A stretch of DNA of 64,000 bases, taken from contig CAZUMH010000003.1 of NCBI GenBank assembly GCA_964621645.1, positions 14,485 through 78,484 of the forward strand. Direction: 5' to 3'. Made by a program: the position numbers and the translations under genes. Position 1 is the first letter of the stretch. Each line of letters opens with the position of its first letter. Positions 56,690 to 64,000 of the stretch are shown here, piece after piece. Source of the stretch: an uncultured bacterium. GTDB taxonomy: Bacteria > Zhuqueibacterota > QNDG01 > JAGLOF01. Under the pieces are notes generated by a model that was not told the DNA's origin, made no database searches, and saw only the letters and a list, made by a program, of their open reading frames with translations.

Positions 56690-57511
56690 CTATATAACTA
56701 GATGTATCTTTTCTTTGGGCTCCCAGAACTCATCAGCCGTATCGGGTTCGGTTTCCCGCGCGCTGTACACCTTCTTGAGAGCCTCAATGTCCATTTTTTT
56801 CAATTCTTCCAAATCCTTGTTGAACTTTCCCTTCTTTATATTTTCTACGACAGAATCAACATGCTTCGCTCTCGGCGATATGTGTCTTCCGTATAGCCGT
56901 CTCGTCAATATCGCCACATTATACTGAGCCTCCTCGGCCGGACAGCGGGCCGTACATAATCCGCACATGACACAATCGAAGGAAAGCTCGGCAGCTCCCG
57001 CAATGTCTCCCCGAATTGCTTTAGCAATATAATCCATCACATCGATATCCATCGGGCAGCTCCGGGTACAGGTGCCGCAGCCGACACACTTGAAAATTTC
57101 AGGATAAAGCGCCGTCACCGTAGATCCCGTTGGTTCTAATTTCTCGATATCATAGGTAGCTTTGTTGGCCGGGAAAAAGGGGATTTGCGTAATATACATA
57201 TCCGGCTGAACGACTGTCTGGCAGGCCAATCCCACCTCGATGCGGTAAGAATTGGGAAACCGGTACAGTGTTCCACAGGCACCGCATATACCTCCACGGC
57301 AGCCACACCCGCGTATGAGCTGATAGCCGGCATATTCCAATGCTTTCTGTATTGTCAGAGAGGCAGGCACTTGGTATTTCTTGCCCATGACGAATATGGG
57401 TACCATCTCATCTGCTTTTTGAGATGCCTTCTTGGTTGAAGCACTGGAGGGACTCTCCTTTTCTTTACCTTTCTGATTGTTGGGAACGGCGACTTTACTC
57501 ATGGCTGACAC
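56690..57511 (-). CDS. SdhB/FrdB-like iron-sulfur subunit ([2Fe-2S] + 2 ferredoxin-type clusters) with Lys/Ser-rich N-terminal extension
   Basis: The 2Fe-2S motif is CRGGICGACG. The ferredoxin-type motifs are CVGCGTCTRSCP and CVMCGLCTARCP. The first 35 aa are low-complexity and Lys-rich. Confidence 0.7.
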   Translation of the reverse strand: MSAMSKVAVPNNQKGKEKESPSSASTKKASQKADEMVPIFVMGKKYQVPASLTIQKALEYAGYQLIRGCGCRGGICGACGTLYRFPNSYRIEVGLACQTVVQPDMYITQIPFFPANKATYDIEKLEPTGSTVTALYPEIFKCVGCGTCTRSCPMDIDVMDYIAKAIRGDIAGAAELSFDCVMCGLCTARCPAEEAQYNVAILTRRLYGRHISPRAKHVDSVVENIKKGKFNKDLEELKKMDIEALKKVYSARETEPDTADEFWEPKEKIHLVI

Positions 57512-57932
57512 CCTCTTTTGTTAATGCTTTACTATCAAGATTAATTGGACCCAGGGCTCGTATTGTGTCTGCGAATTCGTTCATTACCGTAACAAATTTT
57601 TTCCCTTCAGCCGCAGAAATCCATTCCAATCGGAGACGTTTGCTATCGATTCCAAGATCGTCAAGCATTTTCTTGAAGAGGATTATTCTCCGAAGCGTCT
57701 TATAATTACCTTCAACGTAGTGGCAATCTCCGGGATGACATCCTCCCATGAAAACACCATCAGCGCCCTGTTTGAATGCGTGAAGAATATGCTGCGGGTC
57801 TATCCGGCTGGAACACATAACCCTCAGATTAATTCCATGGGGCATATATTCCATCCGTGACGTACCGGCAAGATCGGCCCCCGCATAGGTACACCACTTG
57901 CAGAGGAAACAGATAATCTTTGGTTCAAACAT
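57495..57932 (-). CDS. mvhD: MvhD-type hydrogenase iron-sulfur subunit
   Basis: It has the motif FLCKWCTYAGADLAG and overlaps the downstream gene by 17 nt. Confidence 0.8.
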   Translation of the reverse strand: MFEPKIICFLCKWCTYAGADLAGTSRMEYMPHGINLRVMCSSRIDPQHILHAFKQGADGVFMGGCHPGDCHYVEGNYKTLRRIILFKKMLDDLGIDSKRLRLEWISAAEGKKFVTVMNEFADTIRALGPINLDSKALTKEGVSHE

Positions 57933-57934
57933 AG

Positions 57935-59905
57935 CTATTCCTTTAACATCACTTTAACCATTGAAAATATTTGATCATCAGTCAAATTGCGCTGCTGAGC
58001 AGCTCCTGAGGGGCAGGCAGCCGCACAGGCTCCACAGCCCTCACAGAGAACTTCGTTGACCGTGACCACTTTTCTTTCTAAATCCAGTGATCTGGCACCG
58101 TATGGACAGACGGCCACGCAGATACCGCATCCGCTGCAGAGCTCTTCGTTCACCGGAACAATCGTCGGTTCATGAAGGAGCACTTCCTGAGCGAACAGAT
58201 CTCCGACCTTGGCTGCAGCCGCTGAAGCTTGAGAGACGGTCTCGGGGATATCCTTGGGGCCGTGGGCGCATCCAGCGAGGTAGAAGCCGGCGTTCAGGCT
58301 CTCGACGGGCCGTAATTTTGGATGGGCCTCCGCCAGCCATCCGTTGGCATCCGTAGAAATCTTAAGCTTTTTTAAGAGACTTTCCACACCCTCGGTCTTT
58401 ACCATGGACATGGCCAGCACGACCATATCGGCCTCCATTTCCACTTTCTTCCCGGTAAGTGTATCCGAACCCCAGACAATCAGTTTGTCTCCCTCTTTGA
58501 TAATCTTGGATACCTTTCCGCGGATATAGAGCACCTCGTCTTCATCGATGGCCCGTTGGTAGAATTCTTCAAAGGCCTTTCCGCCGGTCCGCACGTCGAT
58601 GTAGAATACCGTGGCATTCCCATCGGGCACGCGGTGTTTATAGAGCATTGCATGTTTGGCCGTGTACATACAACAGATCTTACTGCAGTAGGAATTATGA
58701 TTTTCCGGATCCCGGGAGCCGCAACATTGTATGAAGACGACATTCTTCGGCACCTTTCCGTCTGAGGGCCTGCGGACTTCACCTCCAGTCGGTCCGGACG
58801 CGGACAGGATTCGCTCAAATTCCAGGCCATTGAGGACATCTTCGTACTTTTCTCCGCCGTATTCACCCAGAGCCTGCATCGTGTACAGATCATACCCCGT
58901 GGCGACAACAATCGCGCCAACCTCTTCTTCCAGGATCTCCTCGACCGCATCATAATTGATGGCATTCGGTTCACATACCTCTTTGCACTTACCGCACCGG
59001 ACAGGAAGAAGACCGAGACAACTGTCGATGTCCAGGGTGTAGGTTCCGGGAATAGCCTGCGGGAACGGCAGATAAATTGCTTTCCTGAATGAAAGTCCCA
59101 TATTGTATTCATCGGGAACGACTTGCGGGCAAACATCTTCGCAATCTCCGCAAATCGTGCAGACATTCTCATCCACAAAGCGAGGTATCTTTCTGATCTT
59201 GACTTTGAAGTTCCCCACAAATCCGGATACCTCAAGAACTTCGTGGTAGGTCATTACCCGGATATTCGGGTGGCGAGACACTTCCACCATTTTGGGGGTC
59301 ATGATACACTGGGAGCAGTCTAGAGTGGGAAACGTTTCGGAAAGCTGGATCATATGGCCACCGATAGACGGTTCTTTCTCTACCAACAAGACTTCATATC
59401 CATGATCCGCGATATCCAAAGCCGCCTGAATGCCGCTGATTCCGCCACCAATGACCATCGCCCGGCGAGTCACGCCAACACGGATGGGCTCAAGGCTCTC
59501 ATCCTGTTTGGCCTTCTCCACCATGGACTTGACAATCCTGATGGCCTTCTCCGTTGCCATTTCCTTATCGGAATGCACCCAGCTATCCTGTTCACGAATA
59601 TTGGCAATCTCAATCTGATAGGGATTGAGCCCAGCCAGCTCGGCCACGTTTTGAAATGTTTTCTCATGAAGCGTCGGAGAGCAGGCCGCGACAATAATGG
59701 CATCTAATTTCTCTTTCTTGATCGTCTCAAGAATCGTCGTCTGTCCCGGATCCGAACACATATACACATAATGCGTCGAAAAAGCTACTCCCGGGTAGGA
59801 TTCCAGTTCCTTAGCAACCCGCTCAACATCGACGACACTGGAAATATTGACACCACAGTGACAGACAAAAAGACCGATTCGCTTTTTCTTCCCGTTTCCA
59901 TTCAT
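57935..59905 (-). CDS. hdrA: Heterodisulfide reductase subunit A (full-length HdrA)
   Basis: The N-terminus reads GLFVCHCGVNIS. The FAD site is AMVIGGGISGIQAALDIA. An inserted ferredoxin domain and C-terminal motifs CSGCGICVAVCP and CEGCGACAAACP are present. Size is 656 aa. Confidence 0.85.
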   Translation of the reverse strand: MNGNGKKKRIGLFVCHCGVNISSVVDVERVAKELESYPGVAFSTHYVYMCSDPGQTTILETIKKEKLDAIIVAACSPTLHEKTFQNVAELAGLNPYQIEIANIREQDSWVHSDKEMATEKAIRIVKSMVEKAKQDESLEPIRVGVTRRAMVIGGGISGIQAALDIADHGYEVLLVEKEPSIGGHMIQLSETFPTLDCSQCIMTPKMVEVSRHPNIRVMTYHEVLEVSGFVGNFKVKIRKIPRFVDENVCTICGDCEDVCPQVVPDEYNMGLSFRKAIYLPFPQAIPGTYTLDIDSCLGLLPVRCGKCKEVCEPNAINYDAVEEILEEEVGAIVVATGYDLYTMQALGEYGGEKYEDVLNGLEFERILSASGPTGGEVRRPSDGKVPKNVVFIQCCGSRDPENHNSYCSKICCMYTAKHAMLYKHRVPDGNATVFYIDVRTGGKAFEEFYQRAIDEDEVLYIRGKVSKIIKEGDKLIVWGSDTLTGKKVEMEADMVVLAMSMVKTEGVESLLKKLKISTDANGWLAEAHPKLRPVESLNAGFYLAGCAHGPKDIPETVSQASAAAAKVGDLFAQEVLLHEPTIVPVNEELCSGCGICVAVCPYGARSLDLERKVVTVNEVLCEGCGACAAACPSGAAQQRNLTDDQIFSMVKVMLKE

Positions 59906-60834
59906 GACGCAACCTCAGCTTTCGACTCGATTCCCAGTATGGACCGAGGGTCACAATAGTGTTGATCAAATCCTAACATTTTTTCATCGACTCCCAACGC
60001 CCATGCGAGCAATTGAGTAAAGAAAAGAACCGGCATTCCAGTGAAATCAAGAAATTTCTCTTTTATCCTGTCCTGCCTGCGATCTAAATTATAATAACAC
60101 AGGGGGCAACTCAAGGCGACGGCATCAGCCCCATTTAACTTTGCCGAACGAAGTATGTTATATGATGCCTCTGAAGCCGCATCCGGCATCGATATTGACA
60201 GGTACGATCCGCAACATTCCTGCTTGTAGGGAAAATCAATTACATCACACCCAATATTTTGAAGGAACTCTTCGAAAATCGTCGGATCATCAGGTTCATC
60301 GATCCCTACTTCGCCCTTGGGGCGAAGAAGACGACAGCCGTAATAGGGGACGACTTTCAGACCTGAAAGATCCCGTTTGATCAGTGATCGGATTTTTTCA
60401 TACCCCACTTCATTCTTGATAAATTCCAGCAAATGAAGCACCCAGACCGTTCCGTTATACTCTGCAAAACCCGTCGTCTTCTTATTCGTTAACGGATCTA
60501 TTTTAATATCATCATGGAGATAGGCGTTGATACGCTTATGTTTCAAGGGATCTTTCAACAAAGCCTCATTCGTGCGTTTCAGTACGTTGAAACAGAAAGC
60601 GCATACAGTAAAAACCTTGTCTCCTCCCTCTATTTCAACCTGCCTGAGAATGCGAGCCGGTGCTGCCAGACCGATAATCTTCTCCTCATTTAAGGGAAAC
60701 TCGGCCCCGCAACAGGTCCAGTTTTCCGGCTCGACCAACTCGTAGCCCAACGCTTCCATGGCCGCGTAGGTCGACGTATCCAAATTTACGGTCTTCTCTT
60801 TTACGGTACATCCAGGGTAATAATGAATTTTCAT
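59902..60834 (-). CDS. hdrB: Heterodisulfide reductase subunit B (two CCG domains)
   Basis: The motifs YYPGCTV, WTCCGAEF and QECCGSY identify two CCG domains. It overlaps hdrA by 4 nt. Confidence 0.85.
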   Translation of the reverse strand: MKIHYYPGCTVKEKTVNLDTSTYAAMEALGYELVEPENWTCCGAEFPLNEEKIIGLAAPARILRQVEIEGGDKVFTVCAFCFNVLKRTNEALLKDPLKHKRINAYLHDDIKIDPLTNKKTTGFAEYNGTVWVLHLLEFIKNEVGYEKIRSLIKRDLSGLKVVPYYGCRLLRPKGEVGIDEPDDPTIFEEFLQNIGCDVIDFPYKQECCGSYLSISMPDAASEASYNILRSAKLNGADAVALSCPLCYYNLDRRQDRIKEKFLDFTGMPVLFFTQLLAWALGVDEKMLGFDQHYCDPRSILGIESKAEVAS

Positions 60835-60878
60835 GCTCGCTTCTTCCTATTCTGATTTACTCATATAATCAAACAAGA

Positions 60879-61298
60879 TCACTTACTGAATTTCCGATAT
60901 ACGGCTACCAGTACCTGTTGAGGAAGTTCTTCGGCTAATTCAGCGGGTACTTCGTTGGGTCCGAAATAATCCTTCCCTTTGGGTTCGATAAGAGATCGGA
61001 CCGCTTCTGCCACACTTGCGATATTGATTCCCTTGGGGCAGCGACTCTGACATGTAAAACATGAAGCACAGAGGAAAAGAGCCTTCGATCCTATCAGTTC
61101 TTCCTCCTGGCCCATTTGCACCAATCGTATCATCTGATTTGGAAGAATATCCATTTCGAAAGCAAAGGGGCAGCCGGCACTGCACCGACCGCACTGATAG
61201 CAGCTGTACACGTTTTCACCTGAAAGCTCGTTGACTTTCTCGATGAATTTCTTTTCATCCTCGCCACGTTTTAGTTTTATCCGCATATATTTCCTCAC
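60879..61298 (-). CDS. hdrC: Heterodisulfide reductase subunit C (2x[4Fe-4S])
   Basis: The motifs CYQCGRCSAGCP and CASCFTCQSRCP are present. Size is 139 aa. Confidence 0.85.
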   Translation of the reverse strand: MRKYMRIKLKRGEDEKKFIEKVNELSGENVYSCYQCGRCSAGCPFAFEMDILPNQMIRLVQMGQEEELIGSKALFLCASCFTCQSRCPKGINIASVAEAVRSLIEPKGKDYFGPNEVPAELAEELPQQVLVAVYRKFSK

Positions 61299-61305
61299 TT
61301 AATAC

Positions 61306-63138
61306 TTATGCCGCAGCACTTTTATTGAGTTTCTTTAACGATTCTTCCGCAACTTCTCGGACCGTTTTCCTCTCTCCCTTATTCTGAATGAGTAATTTCA
61401 ATGGAGGGATCGCTCTCGTGTCACCGATTTCTCCCAATAACCTTGCTGCCCGAAAACGGGTAGTCCAGGACTTGCTCGAAAGGGCGTGAATGCAGTGGGA
61501 TACTGCCGTTGATCCGAAATTTATCAAGGCCATTTCCGCGCTCTGCCGTACGCTCCAATGACTGTCGGCAGTAACTTCCAGCAGCGGCCCGATGGACCGG
61601 TTATCCTGAAAATTCCCCAACAGACGGGCCGCCTGAGAACGAACAGTTCTATCTTTGTCCGCCAGAGCCTGGCGGGCCGTCTCAATGACCCCGCGCTTGC
61701 CGGTCCCGATGGAACGAAGGAGACGCATGGATTCCGAACGAATGTAGGGATCTCGGTCCGCGACTACCTCTTTGCGCAACGCCTGAACTGCTTTGTCGCC
61801 CCCCACACGGGCCAAAGCCCGTACCGCCTCGAGACGCACATTGCCAGAATCATCACCCAGGGAATAGATAAAGTTCCGGGCCAGACTTTCATCTCCCACA
61901 TGGCTCAGGACGATAAGAGCGCCTATTCTTCCCCAGGCGGCGCAGCCAATACGGTAAAGTGCGGACACCACTTCTTCCCGGACTTCAGGACTGGCCTTCT
62001 CCTCCAGCTTTTTCAATACATCTCTCGCTCTGTGATCTTCCAATCCTCCCAGAGCCTGAACTGCACGCATCTGTTCTCCCGGATCGGATCCCTTACGGGC
62101 CTGCTCCATCAGATCAGTGATATCTGTTTCATTATAGGCCAAAAGAGGCACCAAGGTGGGAATTACAGCCTCCCCGAACCGCACCAGTGCCGTCACTGCC
62201 GTGCGCCGCACAACAAAGTAACTGCTTCGCAGCTGAGCCGCCAACGCTCCGATGGCCCTCTCATTTCCGATCAGGCCCAGACAGTGAATGATCTGACGCA
62301 GGGTAAATTTATCTTTTTCATGAGCCAGGGCATCCAGCAAGTGATCGACGGCAAGGGAACCGAAACCAGCCAGAGCTTCCGTGGCCTGATTTTGCACCGC
62401 AGGTACCGTATCACTCAGACAGGAAACCAGTGGAATAATAGCAGTTGCATCCTGTATAAGCCCCAGTCCATTAACCGCTGTTTCACGAACCTGCCAGTCC
62501 GGATCTTCCAATAGATCAATCAGCCGCGGCACCGCCGGTTTATACCCGATACGGCCCAGAGCCAGGGCCGCGTGTCCGCGCATAAGAGGAGAAGGATTCC
62601 CCAGTGTTTCAAAAAGAAGATCCGTGGCTTCATTTCCCATGGTGATCAATCCCGCCAGGGCCAGGTCCACGATTTCCCGATTTTCCAGGGATAGAAGGCG
62701 GATCAGCTGCCGCAGATACTGCTTATTGCCGATTTCAATGATTTCCTGAATCTTGTATTTGATCTCGGTAGCCGCCTGGTTTCGCACGATCCATTCAGGA
62801 TCATCCACCCGCTGGATCAAGGTGTCGATCACATGAAAATCGCCCAAGCGGCCGATGGCTGCCAGAGCGGCCCAGCGGATATTGGGATCCAGCGACTGCA
62901 GGATATACGCCTTGCTTAGCTCATCCACCGCTTCCGGATTGCCGAAGCGTCCCAGGGAAATGACCGAGGCATGCTGCACGCTGCGATTGGCATCCCGCAG
63001 CGAAGCCAAGAGAGCGGTATAGATACGCTTCCCTTCCCGGTAACCAAGTTTGATCACCGCCTCCCGGCGCAGGCTCGCGTCCTCGCCTGAATGTGTCTGA
63101 TTGATGAGTGTGTCGATACTTTCGGCCATAATTCCCAA
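61306..63138 (-). CDS. HEAT-repeat (PBS-lyase HEAT-like) protein, 610 aa
   Basis: It contains more than 12 tandem ~30-aa repeats of the PBS-lyase HEAT-like type (..VR..A..ALG.IGD..A...L...L.D.D..VR..A..AL..). It lies 7 nt upstream of hdrC. Confidence 0.7.
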   Translation of the reverse strand: MGIMAESIDTLINQTHSGEDASLRREAVIKLGYREGKRIYTALLASLRDANRSVQHASVISLGRFGNPEAVDELSKAYILQSLDPNIRWAALAAIGRLGDFHVIDTLIQRVDDPEWIVRNQAATEIKYKIQEIIEIGNKQYLRQLIRLLSLENREIVDLALAGLITMGNEATDLLFETLGNPSPLMRGHAALALGRIGYKPAVPRLIDLLEDPDWQVRETAVNGLGLIQDATAIIPLVSCLSDTVPAVQNQATEALAGFGSLAVDHLLDALAHEKDKFTLRQIIHCLGLIGNERAIGALAAQLRSSYFVVRRTAVTALVRFGEAVIPTLVPLLAYNETDITDLMEQARKGSDPGEQMRAVQALGGLEDHRARDVLKKLEEKASPEVREEVVSALYRIGCAAWGRIGALIVLSHVGDESLARNFIYSLGDDSGNVRLEAVRALARVGGDKAVQALRKEVVADRDPYIRSESMRLLRSIGTGKRGVIETARQALADKDRTVRSQAARLLGNFQDNRSIGPLLEVTADSHWSVRQSAEMALINFGSTAVSHCIHALSSKSWTTRFRAARLLGEIGDTRAIPPLKLLIQNKGERKTVREVAEESLKKLNKSAAA

Positions 63139-63146
63139 ACCGCCTC

Positions 63147-63644
63147 TCAGCGGCGTTCGATGTATCCCTTACAGTCACCCTCCATATCGAAGGAGGTGAC
63201 CTGATAGTCTGCGTCCAGATTTGAAAGCGCCCGTACAGCCGCTCTGAAACAACCGATGCGGGCACAGGTAAGATCACGTAACCCCATCCCCTGCTCGATG
63301 AGAGTCCGGCAGCTTTTTAAATACTTACACTCATGGATGGTTATATCCACTTTGAAAGGATTCGCTTCCACCAGCTCGAAATCACTGGCGTCACGGAAAA
63401 CGCGAGCCGCTACTCCCACTTCAATGTATTTACTGATCGCATCAATAATTGATGTGGCCTTTCCTACCCGGATGCCGTACTCGTCTCCCAGCCGGTGCAG
63501 AAAATGCTGTACCGAATGCTCGTAGGCACGTTCGCAGAACATCCGCGGCCGGGTGCCGTGAAAATCACGTGCTGTCTCCTCCAGAGCGCTGAGCCAGCTT
63601 AAGGCAACGACCCAGCCGGCTTCTTCTTTATTTATCTTCTGCAT
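63147..63644 (-). CDS. Hypothetical Cys-containing protein (possible V4R-like small-molecule-binding domain)
   Basis: The 165-aa product has several Cys residues (C..., CKYLKSC, CARIGC, CKG) and no confident family assignment. Confidence 0.35.
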   Translation of the reverse strand: MQKINKEEAGWVVALSWLSALEETARDFHGTRPRMFCERAYEHSVQHFLHRLGDEYGIRVGKATSIIDAISKYIEVGVAARVFRDASDFELVEANPFKVDITIHECKYLKSCRTLIEQGMGLRDLTCARIGCFRAAVRALSNLDADYQVTSFDMEGDCKGYIERR

Positions 63645-64000
63645 GAATTCTTTCCTGGATTTCCCTCATAGTCCGGCTGGGGATCCCCTCCAATCCCAGA
63701 TTTTTCAACTCCCGGCGCACACTCTGAACGGAGTACGATTCCCCGGTTTTCTGATTTAACTCCCGCGTGATCTCCGCCGCCGGCTCACCGGGCATTTCGG
63801 CCCAAAGCATGATCAGCGCCACCCTGTCTTCCGGGACAAGATTTGCCAGTCTTGTTTTCTTTTCAATCTGGGAAATTTCCGTCTCAGGCTGTTCTCCCAC
63901 GCTGATGAGTATTTCCTGGGTGTCCTGTGCAATCGCCAGCTCCTCATTGGTGGGGATTACCAGAACGTGCACCGAGCCCGTACCCAGATCGAGCTCGTTC
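63628..64000 (-). CDS. Acetate/propionate kinase-like C-terminal fragment with unusual ~85-aa C-terminal extension (gene begins beyond window end)
   Basis: The frame is open to the window edge, reading ..NELDLGTGSVHVLVIPTNEELAIAQDT. This matches the AckA C-terminal motif VIPTNEEL(V/M)IA(Q/R)D. It is followed by about 85 more residues with an HTH-like segment. Confidence 0.4.
   Translation of the reverse strand, partial: NELDLGTGSVHVLVIPTNEELAIAQDTQEILISVGEQPETEISQIEKKTRLANLVPEDRVALIMLWAEMPGEPAAEITRELNQKTGESYSVQSVRRELKNLGLEGIPSRTMREIQERIHAEDK

Noticed and set aside
20541-64000. Selenocysteine or in-frame TGA recoding in the HdrA, MvhD, FrhB-like and HydS-like genes.
   Set aside because: All of these genes are uninterrupted ORFs in the six-frame track with Cys at the positions where Sec sometimes occurs. 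There are no in-frame TGA codons and no SECIS-like hairpins to support recoding.
1-64000. CRISPR arrays, direct repeats, integrase or transposase genes, and prophage or genomic-island signatures, including at the tmRNA 3' end.
   Set aside because: No repeat-spacer periodicity is present. No recombinase-like ORFs are present. Flanking genes are ordinary housekeeping or metabolic genes of uniform composition.

Overview
This 64-kb window looks like an anaerobic, Desulfobacterota-like (deltaproteobacterial-type) chromosome, roughly 55% GC. Genes are tightly packed, and everything from 11.1 kb to the window end (about 53 kb) lies on the minus strand. From 0 to 11 kb the window holds: the tail of an HD-domain gene, two Na+-coupled transporters (NSS family and AGCS family), tmRNA with a decodable NDYSYALAA tag, a ROK sugar kinase with an MFS permease, an exported hypothetical protein with an upstream small ORF, a PHP-type histidinol phosphatase, a DUF2520 oxidoreductase with a textbook promoter, and a ThrRS-N/uridine-kinase fusion. 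From 11 to 20 kb it holds fbaB, an acyl-CoA dehydrogenase and the conserved operon yceD-rpmF-plsX-fabH-fabD-fabG-acpP-fabF-rnc. From 20 to 64 kb there is a dense redox and energy-metabolism block. (i) An 11-gene operon (20.5-29.1 kb) combines a HydS-like [FeFe]-hydrogenase homolog that has all four H-cluster Cys ligands but lacks the proton-relay Cys, two GHKL ATPases, two DRTGG proteins, a PHP protein and an orphan NiFe-hydrogenase-type maturation protease homolog with a NuoE/NuoF/NuoG-N-terminal/GltD-like NAD(P)H module. (ii) TCA genes follow: two-subunit class I fumarase, elbB, IDH, aconitase, a eukaryote-type citrate synthase and sucCD. (iii) Three separate Hdr/MvhD loci are present. One is a GlcD-like oxidase with an FeS protein and a degenerate MvhD. 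One is an ArsR-regulated HdrD-like, DsrE, TusA, MvhD, two HdrA-like, two FrhB-like, MvhD locus. One is HEAT-repeat, HdrC, HdrB, HdrA, MvhD followed by a soluble fumarate-reductase-like FeS/flavoprotein pair, with a six-gene 2-oxoacid:ferredoxin oxidoreductase (delta-alpha-beta-alpha-beta-gamma) immediately downstream. The window contains four MvhD and three HdrA paralogs in 28 kb. No CRISPR array, integrase, transposase or obvious mobile element was seen. The most novel candidates are the TusA/DsrE-linked Hdr locus and the Hdr-coupled fumarate-reductase/OFOR locus. All functional calls are from motif recognition by eye; no database search was run.
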